This document shows, piece by piece, positions 37,110 to 46,389 of a stretch of DNA of 64,000 nucleotides. Source of the stretch: Candidatus Omnitrophota bacterium (lineage in GTDB: Bacteria; Omnitrophota; Gorgyraeia; Zapsychrales; Zapsychraceae). Position 1 is the first letter of the stretch. Each line of letters starts with the position of its first letter. The notes under the pieces were generated by a model that saw only the letters and a list, made by a program, of their open reading frames with translations, made no database searches and was not told the origin of the DNA. The stretch lies in assembly GCA_029261065.1 (NCBI GenBank), contig JAJDCB010000028.1, positions 447 to 64,446 of the forward strand. Direction: 5' to 3'. The position numbers and the translations under genes are program-made.

Positions 37110-37894
37110 AGATTATTGATACGCATGCGCATTTAGATCAAATCAAGGATCTCGATCAAGCCTTGGACAATGCTCGAGAAGCGGGTGTTGTGGGTATTGT
37201 TTTGATTAGTATGGATTTTGAGTCTTCTAAGAGATGTTTGGAAATAAAAAAGCGTGTGACAGATCCAAAGATTTATTTAGGGATGGGGATGCATCCTTCT
37301 GAAGCGAATTTAGATGATTTAGAAGATTGTGTAAAATTAATTTATGATAATGTTGAGAGCTTGCATGCGATTGGTGAGATTGGATTGGACTTTTGGTACA
37401 AGGATGTTCGTAAAAGTGACGAGAAAAAAGAGATCCAAGTTAAAGTCTTTCGACGATTTTTAGAGGTTGCGCGTGATGTGAATCTTCCCGCCGTGATTCA
37501 TTCGCGGGGAGCTGAGCAAGAATGTTTGGATATTGTTCTGGAGTTAGGTATCACTCAGGCTGAGTTTCATTGGTACAGTGGATCGGTTCCTATTTTAGAG
37601 AAGATCATTGAGCATGGCTATTATGTGTCCACGTCTCCGAGTGTTGTGCATTCCGCGCCGACTAAAGAAGTCATGGCTGCGGCTCCTGTTGAAAGAATTT
37701 TGTTAGAAACAGATTCGCCTGTATATTTTAAAAATAGAAAGACAGGAGAGGGGTTTGAAGCCGAACCAAAAGATGTTATTCGTACATTAAAGGGGGTATG
37801 CCAGCTTAAAGGCTTAGACCCAGATCAAGCACACCATTTATTTAATAAAAATGCCAAAGATTTTTTCCATATGGATGATATGGATTGTGGTTAA
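37106..37894 (+). CDS. tatD: TatD-family metal-dependent DNase/hydrolase
   Basis: MKIIDTHAHLD.., ..GEIGLDF.., ..HSR.., ..ETDSP... 262 aa. Confidence 0.85.
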   Translation: MKIIDTHAHLDQIKDLDQALDNAREAGVVGIVLISMDFESSKRCLEIKKRVTDPKIYLGMGMHPSEANLDDLEDCVKLIYDNVESLHAIGEIGLDFWYKDVRKSDEKKEIQVKVFRRFLEVARDVNLPAVIHSRGAEQECLDIVLELGITQAEFHWYSGSVPILEKIIEHGYYVSTSPSVVHSAPTKEVMAAAPVERILLETDSPVYFKNRKTGEGFEAEPKDVIRTLKGVCQLKGLDPDQAHHLFNKNAKDFFHMDDMDCG

Positions 37895-37909
37895 GCTTAG
37901 GGAGATTTT

Positions 37910-39970
37910 ATGAAAAAGACTTTAATTATAGTTTTAACTTTTTTGATTTTGGCTTCAGTGGGTTTTGCGGGCTATTTATTTTTACAAAAGACGGATGACC
38001 GGCTTAATACTGTTTTACCTGAAGGCGCTGTAGCTACGTTTGAAGTTCATGATTTTAAAAAAACATTAGGACAGTTAAGTCAATCTCCCCTTTGGAAAGA
38101 TTTTGCTCAGTTAGATATCGATACCTTAGCTAAGAAAAGAGTTGTGGATGATAGGTTAAAGTCTTTTTATGACATTATTGTAGATTTTGTTGAAAACCCT
38201 TCTTCTCAAACGTATGCCAATATGTTGTTGGGACATGAATTCGCCATTGGACTGTATCCTTTAAAAGCAGATCCAAATAGTTCGGCTCCATTGGTTGCTG
38301 ATCCTTTAGCAGGAGCAGTTTTGGTGACACGTGTTGAGCCTGATGCGCAGTTTATCGAATTGATCGCTAGACTCTTGCAGCAACCGGCTAAAGATGTGCG
38401 TATTAAAAAAATAAAATATGGTGAGCATCTATTGCGCGTTGTGAATGTGAACACCATGGGGGTGCAAGTCGTTTATGTGCGCGTAAAAGATTTAGTTTTA
38501 GCGGGTTTAAGTACGCGTGTCGTAAAAAATGTTCTTGATGTTTTAGATGAAGACGCCCTAAGTTTAAGCCAAGATATTCATTACACAGAAGCTTCCCAAT
38601 CTCATATGAAGGATTCTGATTTTGCCTTTTATTGGCATATTTACGAGACATTTGATCTTATAAAACTAGGTGTTCAGAAATACTTAATGGCAACGGATAT
38701 GGATTCTCCTGCGGCACAAGAGCGCTTAGATGAATTCTTGCAACAGTTTTCAGGTTTTAACTATTTTGCGTTTTCTGTTGTGTGGGACATGTTAACAGAG
38801 ATGAATGCTGTTATGCATTTTGATCAGGAAGAATTACATCCAGGTGTCGCTTCTAATTATGTAACCTGTCAATCGGGAGAAAATAAGACGCTTGAGTTTC
38901 CTCCACAGGAGAGTTTAGTTTATTATTGGAATCGATGTCTCGATCTTGGCAAAAAATGGGATGAGATGATTGATACGTTAAAAAAAGCAGGTCCTAAGGC
39001 CTCCGGCGTTGATCCTACCCAACAGGTAAAAGTTATTGAACAGACATTAGGATTAAGCATGCGTGATCAAGTGATTCCAGCTTTTGGGAATGAAATTGGA
39101 GGTTACGTCACAGATGTTAACATGGAGGGCATGTTTCCTATTCCTAAATTTTTGTTTTTTATCCAGGTGCTGGATCAAGAAATAGTACAAGCGATTTTAG
39201 ATAAGTTAAAGACATTGCCTTTTTTTGTTTTACAAACCGAGGATTACGATCAGACGACTATAAATTATTTATCATTGCCTTTAGGGAGTGATGTTGAGCC
39301 TAGTTTTGGTTTTTACAAAGATTTTCTAATGATTGCCATGAATCGTCAATTGATGAAATCATCAATTGATGCGGCTAAGAATGGTTCCTCCTCATTAGCT
39401 CGTCAAGATTCTTTTCGTGCTCTGAAGTTAAATTCGAAAGAGGAGAGTACAGATATATTGTTTATTGATATGGATCAAGTCACAAGCGTTGTTCGTGATG
39501 TGGTTGATTACACCTTACAATGGCAAGAAAAAGAGAACTTAAAGAAGAATGCCTTTCAAAAGGGAAGTGAGAATCGCTTAAAAGATGCACAAGATTCTGT
39601 TCGCAAAATGATGTCGGGCAAAAAAGAACTAAATGACAAAGTTCTGTCTCTAAATAAACAAATTAAGGATTTAGAAGGTACAAACCAAGATGCCACACAA
39701 GCTAAGGCCGATTTAGCTGATGTTTACAAAGCTATAACTGCACTAGATGTGGAGTTGACGGGGGCTCGTGAACAATTAATCGAAATAGATGGCATTGTAA
39801 AAGAATTCAAAAAGAATTCTCGTGCCATTAATCAAAAACAGATGGCGTTAGAGATGTTTATGTATCCATTATTAGAAAGCTTGCAAGCTATTGATTCTTT
39901 AGGTACGCGTTCTTTTTCGCAAGAAGGTAATATTGAATCAAAAATATTTTTTAAATTAAAGGAACAGTAG
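37910..39970 (+). CDS. Membrane-anchored hypothetical protein with C-terminal coiled-coil region
   Basis: N-terminal signal anchor KKTLIIVLTFLILASVGFAGYLFL. 686 aa. The C-terminal ~120 aa are heptad-like (..LNDKVLSLNKQIKDLEGTNQDATQAKADLADVYKAITALDVELTGAREQLIEIDGIVKEF..). Confidence 0.4.
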   Translation: MKKTLIIVLTFLILASVGFAGYLFLQKTDDRLNTVLPEGAVATFEVHDFKKTLGQLSQSPLWKDFAQLDIDTLAKKRVVDDRLKSFYDIIVDFVENPSSQTYANMLLGHEFAIGLYPLKADPNSSAPLVADPLAGAVLVTRVEPDAQFIELIARLLQQPAKDVRIKKIKYGEHLLRVVNVNTMGVQVVYVRVKDLVLAGLSTRVVKNVLDVLDEDALSLSQDIHYTEASQSHMKDSDFAFYWHIYETFDLIKLGVQKYLMATDMDSPAAQERLDEFLQQFSGFNYFAFSVVWDMLTEMNAVMHFDQEELHPGVASNYVTCQSGENKTLEFPPQESLVYYWNRCLDLGKKWDEMIDTLKKAGPKASGVDPTQQVKVIEQTLGLSMRDQVIPAFGNEIGGYVTDVNMEGMFPIPKFLFFIQVLDQEIVQAILDKLKTLPFFVLQTEDYDQTTINYLSLPLGSDVEPSFGFYKDFLMIAMNRQLMKSSIDAAKNGSSSLARQDSFRALKLNSKEESTDILFIDMDQVTSVVRDVVDYTLQWQEKENLKKNAFQKGSENRLKDAQDSVRKMMSGKKELNDKVLSLNKQIKDLEGTNQDATQAKADLADVYKAITALDVELTGAREQLIEIDGIVKEFKKNSRAINQKQMALEMFMYPLLESLQAIDSLGTRSFSQEGNIESKIFFKLKEQ

Positions 39971-39973
39971 TCG

Positions 39974-40381
39974 ATGTCAAATGAGTCTAGGTATGAGAGA
40001 GGCTGGGAGACATTAGAGAAAATCAATAGTCAGGCTGGTGAGCGGATTCTTGATTTACTTAAAGACATTAGTCCAGAGATGGCTAAACTTGTTATTGAGT
40101 TTCCTTATGGCGATATTTATTCTCGTCCAGGATTGAATATGAAGACGCGTGAGTTAATCACTATAGCGTCTTTAACAACGTTAGGTTTTGCCAAAGATCA
40201 ATTAAAGGCGCATGTTTTTAATGCCTTAAACTGCGGATGCACAAAGGAAGAGATTGTTGAGGTGATGATGCAGATGTCGATTTACGCTGGTTTTCCAGCG
40301 GCATTAAATGCTTTGTTTGTGGCTGGAGAGGTTTTTTTGGGGGAAGATAAAGAGGGTGTTAGTGGTAGAGTGGTAAAGTGA
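39974..40381 (+). CDS. Carboxymuconolactone decarboxylase (AhpD-like) family protein
   Basis: ..MAKLVIEFPYGDIYSRPGLNMKTRELITIASLTTLG..HVFNALNCGCTKEEIVEVMMQMSIYAGFPAALNAL.. matches the CMD/AhpD family. Confidence 0.75.
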   Translation: MSNESRYERGWETLEKINSQAGERILDLLKDISPEMAKLVIEFPYGDIYSRPGLNMKTRELITIASLTTLGFAKDQLKAHVFNALNCGCTKEEIVEVMMQMSIYAGFPAALNALFVAGEVFLGEDKEGVSGRVVK

Positions 40382-40495
40382 TAGAGTGGTAGGTTTGATG
40401 GATGAAAAAAAAGATATGCAAATAGATAAAAACCTACCACTAACTTCCCTTTCAATATCCATTACCACTCTACCACTTTACCACTAAATCTGCTT
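40355..40495. repeat. GTGGTA-rich composite inverted repeat overlapping the 3' end of the CMD gene
   Basis: gagtggtaggttt (40385-40397) pairs with aaacctaccac (40431-40441). The outer arms agtggtagagtggtaaagtg (40361-40380) and cactctaccactttaccact (40464-40483) are near reverse complements. Confidence 0.5.
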
Positions 40496-40513
40496 ATCAA
40501 ATTAATAAAAACT

Positions 40514-40837
40514 ATGCTTTTTACTTACGGTCAAGGAACATATTTAGAAGAGAGTAAGCGCGTCGATGGCGAGGTTGTTTTAAGTGAGCTTAAGCTTTAT
40601 TTAAAAGGACCAGAAGGTGATTACGCGCAGACTTACGTTCCTCTAGATAGGGTTGAGAAAATAAGAAAAGGGTCTGGCGGATTAGAAGTTTTTATTCGTC
40701 AGACGACATTTCATCAGTATGTTGCGGTTATTCAATTGGATAAGAAAAATTTAGAAGAATTGATTAAAGATATTGTGCAGTTTCGCGGATTTAAAAAACA
40801 ATTTCTTAAATCAGAATGGACGGAAGACTTATCTTAA
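40514..40837 (+). CDS. Hypothetical protein (107 aa)
   Basis: Complete ORF with codon usage consistent with its neighbours. No motif recognised. Confidence 0.35.
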   Translation: MLFTYGQGTYLEESKRVDGEVVLSELKLYLKGPEGDYAQTYVPLDRVEKIRKGSGGLEVFIRQTTFHQYVAVIQLDKKNLEELIKDIVQFRGFKKQFLKSEWTEDLS

Positions 40838-41019
40838 AGAAACATCCACCTATTTTATTACTGTTACTGCTTTTATTTCTTGTAACGCTCACATCTGGCT
40901 GTTCGACTTTGCTTCAGCTTCCAGTTGCCCTGGTAGAGGGAACATTTTCGTTGTTAGGGCAAATTATTAAGCTGGTTGGAAAGTTGCCTAAACCTCCGCC
41001 GGGAGTGTTTGGTATTTAG
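40816..41019 (+). CDS. Small lipoprotein-like peptide (hypothetical)
   Basis: MDGRLILKKHPPILLLLLLLFLVTLTSGCSTLL.. has an n-region, a hydrophobic core and an LTSGC lipobox-like site. The overlap with the upstream ORF makes the call uncertain. Confidence 0.3.
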   Translation: MDGRLILKKHPPILLLLLLLFLVTLTSGCSTLLQLPVALVEGTFSLLGQIIKLVGKLPKPPPGVFGI

Positions 41020-41097
41020 GGAAATAATATTGTCATCCTCGCGAAAGCGGGGAGCCAGTAATAGTATGACTTGTTGGAGATCCCCGCTTTCGAGGGG
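41018..41097. repeat. MITE/REP-like palindromic element, copy 1 (two inverted arms each carrying a CCCGCGAAAGCGGG hairpin)
   Basis: tgtcatcctcgcgaaagcggggagcc ..23 nt.. gatccccgctttcgaggggatgacaatg. The arms are reverse complements and each arm is itself a GAAA-loop hairpin. Confidence 0.7.
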
Positions 41098-41126
41098 ATG
41101 ACAATGTTTTTATTGATTGTATTTTT

Positions 41127-42875
41127 TTGTTGGTAGCACGAATGAAAAACAAAGACATTTCCAACCTATTTACCCGCATGGGCACCCTCCTTCAAATAAA
41201 AGGTGAAAACGTATTTAAAGTTCGCGCGTACTTCAAAGCCGCTGATAACATCAACAGTTTATCAGAAGATATTGCTATCTTTAGAGATGAAAAGCGATTA
41301 GGTGACATTCCTGGTGTGGGTAAAACGTTGCAAGAGAAGATTGGTGAGTATTTGGACACAGGAAAATTAACGGCTTATGATAAGTTGACTAAAGAAATTC
41401 CTGAGACAGTTTTAGATGTTATTTCCATTCCTTCGGTTGGACCTAAAAAGGCGAAATTATTTTTTGATGAATTAAAAGTTAAAGATATAGATATGCTTGA
41501 GAAATTGGCAAAGAACGGCAAGTTATTATCATTAGAAGGTATTAAGAGTAAGACGATCGAAAATGTTTTAAAGGGTATCAGAATTGTTCGTGAGGGCAAT
41601 AATCGGATGAATTTGGGTGCTGCGACAATGTGTGCTGAGGAGATTCTTGAACAGTTAAAGGTTTTAAAAGAAGTTAAACAGATATCTGTGGCCGGTTCTC
41701 TTCGTCGAGGACGAGAGACGATTGGTGATATTGATATTTTGGTGGCTTCTTCTGATGCTCAAAAAGTAATGGATGTCTTTGTCAGCTTACCAGAAGTTCG
41801 TTCGATTAATGCTCATGGAGAAACGAAGTCTTCTGTTATGACAAATAAAAATATCCAAGTGGATTTACGTGTGGTTGATTCTAACAATTTTGGAGCCGCA
41901 CTCCTTTATTTTACAGGAAGTAAAAATTTCAATATCAAATTGCGACAATTAGCGATCAAATCAAAAATGAAAGTCAGTGAGTATGGAATTTTTGATACCT
42001 CTTTAAAAAAGGAAAAATGTTTGGCGAGTAAGACTGAGAAAGAATGTTTTAAGGTTCTAGGGCTAGCTAACATTCCACCTGAATTAAGAGAAGACATTGG
42101 GATGGAAACTCTTTTTGATGAAAAAAAGAAAGTTAAGTTGCCTGCATTGATTGAACAAAAGGATATTCAAGGTGAGATTCATGTTCATTCGACATGGTCT
42201 GATGGGCGGCATTCGATTAAAGAAATGGCTGAAGCCGCTAGGAAACGTGGATACAGCTATTTAGCGATTAGTGATCATTCTTATAAACTGCGCATAGCTC
42301 GAGGTGTTTCGCCTGCTGATTTGATCAAAAAGAAAAAAGAGATTGATTCGCTTAATAAAACCTTTAAAAATTTTCGTATTTTATTTGGTAGTGAAGTAGA
42401 AATAGACAGTGAAGGAAATTTGGATTACAATGATAAAATCTTAAGCGAATTTGATATTGTCATTGGAGCGATTCATACAGGATTTGAACAAAGCTCTAAA
42501 CAACTGACACAACGGCTGATTAAGGCTTGTCAAAACAAACATGTGAATATGATTGCGCATCCCACTGGCGTTCATTTAGGAAAAAGAGATCCTTACGATT
42601 TTGATTTTAAAGCTGTTTGTCAGGCAGCCGTTGACAATAATGTCTGTTTAGAGATTAATTCATTTCCGATTCGCTTGGATCTTAATTCATCTAATATTTA
42701 TTTTGCTCGTGAGATGGGTGTTAAATTTGTTATTAACACAGATTCCCATCACATCAATCATCTAAACCATATGCGTTATGGAGTGACGCTTGCGCGGCGG
42801 GGGTGGTTGACGAAGAAGGATGTTGTGAATACGAAGGATGTGGGTGGGTTGCTTAAATCTTTTAAGAAAAGTTAA
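41127..42875 (+). CDS. polX: Family X DNA polymerase (Pol beta-like core) with C-terminal PHP phosphoesterase domain
   Basis: N-terminal HhH/Pol-beta motifs (..LGDIPGVGKTLQEKI.., ..GSLRRGRETIGDIDILV..) and C-terminal PHP (..IHVHSTWSDGRHSIKEMAEAARKRGYSYLAISDHS.., ..NTDSHH..). Confidence 0.85.
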   Translation: MLVARMKNKDISNLFTRMGTLLQIKGENVFKVRAYFKAADNINSLSEDIAIFRDEKRLGDIPGVGKTLQEKIGEYLDTGKLTAYDKLTKEIPETVLDVISIPSVGPKKAKLFFDELKVKDIDMLEKLAKNGKLLSLEGIKSKTIENVLKGIRIVREGNNRMNLGAATMCAEEILEQLKVLKEVKQISVAGSLRRGRETIGDIDILVASSDAQKVMDVFVSLPEVRSINAHGETKSSVMTNKNIQVDLRVVDSNNFGAALLYFTGSKNFNIKLRQLAIKSKMKVSEYGIFDTSLKKEKCLASKTEKECFKVLGLANIPPELREDIGMETLFDEKKKVKLPALIEQKDIQGEIHVHSTWSDGRHSIKEMAEAARKRGYSYLAISDHSYKLRIARGVSPADLIKKKKEIDSLNKTFKNFRILFGSEVEIDSEGNLDYNDKILSEFDIVIGAIHTGFEQSSKQLTQRLIKACQNKHVNMIAHPTGVHLGKRDPYDFDFKAVCQAAVDNNVCLEINSFPIRLDLNSSNIYFAREMGVKFVINTDSHHINHLNHMRYGVTLARRGWLTKKDVVNTKDVGGLLKSFKKS

Positions 42876-42881
42876 AGAAAT

Positions 42882-42960
42882 CATGTTATCCCCGCGAAAG
42901 TGGGGACCTCTTGAAGCTTATAATTATAAATGGATCCCCGCTTTCGCGGGAATGACAATG
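42882..42960. repeat. MITE/REP-like palindromic element, copy 2
   Basis: catgttatccccgcgaaagtggggacc ..24 nt.. ggatccccgctttcgcgggaatgacaatg. Confidence 0.7.
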
Positions 42961-42976
42961 TTGTATTTCATTCATC

Positions 42977-43858
42977 ATGAACTTTAAAGTTACCAATAAA
43001 CTCACACTAGCAAACAACACGAAACGCCTAGATATTTTGGCTCCTGCCATTGCCAAAAAAGTTAAGCCAGGGCAGTTTGTTAGCATTGTTATTGGCGAAG
43101 GGGATGAGCGTATTCCTCTAACAGTTATCGATCAAGATCTTAAAAAAGGCACTATTACTATTATCTTTAAAGAAGCTGGTGACTCGACAAAAAAGTTGGG
43201 CGAACTTTCTATTAATGATGACATTCAAACAATCTTAGGTCCTCTAGGGCGACCTTCTACAATAGAAAAAGTTGGGCGAATTGTTTGTATCACATCTGGA
43301 ATAGGGACGGCTCAGATTCTACCTATATGCCGAGCTTTAAAAAATGTAGGGAATAAGGTCGTTGGTATTGTGGGAGCGCGTACAAGACGTTCGATGATGG
43401 TTGAAGCGCAGATGAGATTGACGTGTGACAAATTATTTTGTACGACGGAAGATGGGAGTTATGAACGAAAAGGTGTTGTGACAGATGTTTTAACGGAGGT
43501 GTTAGAACGCAATGAAGTAAACCTGATCTATTGTATTGGTTCCGCTGAGATGATGGAGGCTGTGTCTCAGATGTCACGAGATAAAAAAATTAAAACGATT
43601 GTTCATTTAAATCCCATCATGGTTGATTGTATGGGGATGTGCGGATCGTGTCGTGTTAAAGTAGATGGAAAGTATGTATTAGGATGTATTGATGGTCCAG
43701 AGTTTGATGGACATCTAGTTGATTTTAAAGATTACAAAATTAGGCTTAATGCCTTTGAGGAAACAGAAGAATGGCGCAAGCACAGGTTGCAACCCAAGAC
43801 AAAGACAAACGAAACAAAAACTTTCAAGAGGTTTCTTTCGGGTATTCTAAGAAATTAG
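42977..43858 (+). CDS. NfnA/SudB-like FAD/NAD(P)-binding oxidoreductase subunit with C-terminal PyrK-type 2Fe-2S cluster
   Basis: ..LDILAPAIAKKVKPGQFVSIVIGEGDERIPLTVID.. (FNR-like beta-barrel) and ..CMGMCGSCRVKVDGKYVLGCIDGPEFDGH.. (PyrK-type cysteines). The 3' end overlaps the next gene by 88 nt in another frame. Confidence 0.7.
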   Translation: MNFKVTNKLTLANNTKRLDILAPAIAKKVKPGQFVSIVIGEGDERIPLTVIDQDLKKGTITIIFKEAGDSTKKLGELSINDDIQTILGPLGRPSTIEKVGRIVCITSGIGTAQILPICRALKNVGNKVVGIVGARTRRSMMVEAQMRLTCDKLFCTTEDGSYERKGVVTDVLTEVLERNEVNLIYCIGSAEMMEAVSQMSRDKKIKTIVHLNPIMVDCMGMCGSCRVKVDGKYVLGCIDGPEFDGHLVDFKDYKIRLNAFEETEEWRKHRLQPKTKTNETKTFKRFLSGILRN

Positions 43859-45132
43859 CCTCTGAGGAAGCCAGGCGTTGCCCGCAGTGTACGGATCCCG
43901 TGTGCATGCAGGGCTGTCCTTTGGGAATAAATATTCCAGGTTTTATTCGTAATTTACGTGAAGGCGATGTGGGGCGAGCTTATGAAGTGATTCGTGAGCA
44001 AAATCTCTTTCCTTCCATTTGTGGAAGGGTGTGTTCAGCCCCTTGTGAAGTATCATGTATTCTTACAGATGAAGGCTCTCCTATCGGGATTCGGGCTCTT
44101 GAACGTTATTGCTCAGACAATGGTCGCTCGCGTTCATCACGTAAAGATAAAATTTATCGAAAGGGTAAGAAGATCGCCGTTGTTGGTTCAGGTCCTTCGG
44201 GGATGTCTGCAGCTGCCCAACTGGCACAAAAGGGATATCAGGTTACAATATTTGAATCGCTCGATGCCCCTGGCGGTGTCTTACGTTATGGGATTCCAGA
44301 GTTTCGTATTCCTAAAAAGATTTTAGATTTTGAAATAAATGAAATCAGAAATTTAGGCGTTGATATTCAAACCAATTTTTTCATTGGTCAAAATGCATCG
44401 TTAGAAGATTTATTCGAGCAAGGTTTTGTTGCGGTATTGTTAGCAACGGGAGCAGGGACTCCTAAGTTTGTTGATTTGCCGGGTTCCAATTTGGGTGGGG
44501 TCTATTACGGAGAGGAATTTTTGATGCGTGTGAATCTAATCAAATCAACTCTGTTTAGTCGTACGACACCTAATTTTGTTTTGGGTCAAAGAATTGCCGT
44601 TATTGGTTCGGGTAATACGGCTCTTGATTGCGCGCGTGCTGCTAAACGCTTTGGTCGTGATGTCACCCTTATTTTTCGACGTACCGAAGATGATATGCGT
44701 ACACGACGAGATGAAAGAGATTTTGCAAAAGAAGAGGGGGTTGAGTTTGAACCTTTGGTTAAGCCGATCGAAATTTTAGCGGATCAAAATAATTTTGTTG
44801 ATGGATTAAAATGTGTGCGAATGGATTTTGCTGAATCTTCCAAAGATCAATGGGAACTTGCGCGGGTTCCTGATTCCGAATTTGTTTTAGAGGCTGATAC
44901 CGTCATAATCGCGGTTGGTCACATTCCTAATTTCTTAAAGTCTATGGATGCAAATAATCAATTAAATTTAAGTTCAGATGGAACAATCGAGGTTGACCCC
45001 AAGACTTCTCAAACAAGTATTCCTAAGGTGTTTGCTTCCGGTAATGTCGTAACAAATGCTGGTCCCATTGTCGAAGCAATTGCGGGAGGCAAGCAGGTGG
45101 CTGAGCGTATGGATCGGTATTTAAAGAGGTAG
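43771..45132 (+). CDS. NfnB / glutamate synthase small-subunit (GltD/SudA)-like NAD(P)H oxidoreductase
   Basis: N-terminal 4Fe-4S region ..ARRCPQCTDPVCMQGCPLGINIPGFI.., dinucleotide fold ..KIAVVGSGPSGMSAAAQLAQKGYQVTIFE.., second ..IAVIGSGNTALDCAR... Confidence 0.8.
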   Translation: MAQAQVATQDKDKRNKNFQEVSFGYSKKLASEEARRCPQCTDPVCMQGCPLGINIPGFIRNLREGDVGRAYEVIREQNLFPSICGRVCSAPCEVSCILTDEGSPIGIRALERYCSDNGRSRSSRKDKIYRKGKKIAVVGSGPSGMSAAAQLAQKGYQVTIFESLDAPGGVLRYGIPEFRIPKKILDFEINEIRNLGVDIQTNFFIGQNASLEDLFEQGFVAVLLATGAGTPKFVDLPGSNLGGVYYGEEFLMRVNLIKSTLFSRTTPNFVLGQRIAVIGSGNTALDCARAAKRFGRDVTLIFRRTEDDMRTRRDERDFAKEEGVEFEPLVKPIEILADQNNFVDGLKCVRMDFAESSKDQWELARVPDSEFVLEADTVIIAVGHIPNFLKSMDANNQLNLSSDGTIEVDPKTSQTSIPKVFASGNVVTNAGPIVEAIAGGKQVAERMDRYLKR

Positions 45133-45136
45133 TAAT

Positions 45137-45276
45137 GTTGTCATCCACGCGCCCAATGTCATCCCCGCCCCTTATGTCATTCCCGCGAAAGCGGGAATCC
45201 TACGGGGTAAACTCAAGCGGGAATCTCAAGATAAAAATACTATTACTGGATCCCCGCTTTCGCGGGGACGACACGA
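45137..45276. repeat. MITE/REP-like palindromic element, copy 3 (expanded, with internally duplicated arm fragments)
   Basis: gtcatccacgcgccc, gtcatccccgcccc, gtcattcccgcgaaagcgggaatcc, gcgggaatc ... ggatccccgctttcgcggggacgacacg. Confidence 0.65.
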
Positions 45277-45296
45277 TTATTATATCGATTAATTAA

Positions 45297-46124
45297 ATGA
45301 TGCAAAACTTCCAGACAAAAAAACAAAACGGCGAGAAGATTACGATGCTCACCGCCTATGATTATCCTATGGGCCGGTTGTTAGATGAAGCTGGTGTAGA
45401 TATTGTGTTAGTAGGCGACTCAGTTGCCAATGTGGTTTTAGGGTTGGAGTCAACGACTGATGTGGGGATGACGGAGATGTTGCATCATGCTAAAGCTGTG
45501 CGTCGTGGTGTTAAGCGCGCACTGTTGGTAGGAGATATGCCTTTTGATTCGTATCAAACGCATACAGAAGATGCTCTTATGAATGCGAAACGTTTTATAG
45601 ATGAGGCGGGATGTGATGCGGTTAAGTTAGAATGGTTTGATCAGTGTTTGGATGTGGCAGAAAATATTGTTAAGGCGGGTATTGCCGTTATGGGACATGT
45701 GGGTTTGACTCCCCAGACTGCTGAGAAGTTAGGCGGTTTTAAAGTTCAAGGAAAAGAGGCTGCTGATGCCCAGCTTATATTGAAACATGCGCAAGCTTTA
45801 GAAGAAGCGGGATGTTTTAGTATTGTTTTGGAGTGCATGCCAAGTGAGTTAGCTCAACTGATTACCAAGAAACTTTCTATTCCAACCATTGGCATTGGAG
45901 CGGGCGTTCATTGTGATGGTCAAGTTTTAGTCACGCATGATGCTCTTGGTTTAATAAGCCGTCATCATCCTAAGTTTGTGAAAACCTTTTTTGACCTTAA
46001 TAAGGGTGTTCTTGACGGTGTTAAGGTCTATTGTGATGAAGTGCGTAATGGTCAGTTTCCCGATGAGGAGCATTCGTTTGGGATGAATGCAGCTGAGTTG
46101 GAGAAGTTGGAGGGTGAAAAATAA
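45297..46124 (+). CDS. panB: 3-methyl-2-oxobutanoate hydroxymethyltransferase
   Basis: ..ITMLTAYDYPMGRLLDEAGVDIVLVGDSVANVVLGLESTTDVGMTEMLHHAKAVRRG.. collinear with PanB. Confidence 0.9.
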   Translation: MMQNFQTKKQNGEKITMLTAYDYPMGRLLDEAGVDIVLVGDSVANVVLGLESTTDVGMTEMLHHAKAVRRGVKRALLVGDMPFDSYQTHTEDALMNAKRFIDEAGCDAVKLEWFDQCLDVAENIVKAGIAVMGHVGLTPQTAEKLGGFKVQGKEAADAQLILKHAQALEEAGCFSIVLECMPSELAQLITKKLSIPTIGIGAGVHCDGQVLVTHDALGLISRHHPKFVKTFFDLNKGVLDGVKVYCDEVRNGQFPDEEHSFGMNAAELEKLEGEK

Positions 46125-46180
46125 AAGAAATGTGCAACTAGAACATGGTTTATTACTGTTGATGCACATAGAGGAATGTC

Positions 46181-46387
46181 ATGGATAAAAAACAAAATGT
46201 TGTATGGTATTTTCAAACGCCCGTACTCATTGTAAGCTTTTTTGTGATGGGTGTTTTTATGCTCCCACTATTGTGGTACGCACCACAGTGCTCGCAATCC
46301 AAGAAAATTTCCTACACGGTTTTCGCTATGGTTACGACGTTGGGCGTGTGTTTGGTGTTAACAAGTGTGTGTGTAGGGCGTCGGTAA
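46181..46387 (+). CDS. Small membrane protein (hypothetical, 68 aa)
   Basis: Two hydrophobic helices (VLIVSFFVMGVFMLPLLWY, VFAMVTTLGVCLVLTSVCV). Confidence 0.3.
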   Translation: MDKKQNVVWYFQTPVLIVSFFVMGVFMLPLLWYAPQCSQSKKISYTVFAMVTTLGVCLVLTSVCVGRR

Positions 46388-46389
46388 TA

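Noticed and set aside
43994-44779. ORFs 43994..44326 and 44576..44779 (+) inside the gltD/nfnB-like gene.
   Set aside because: Out-of-frame shadows. The main frame has the conserved dinucleotide-binding motifs.
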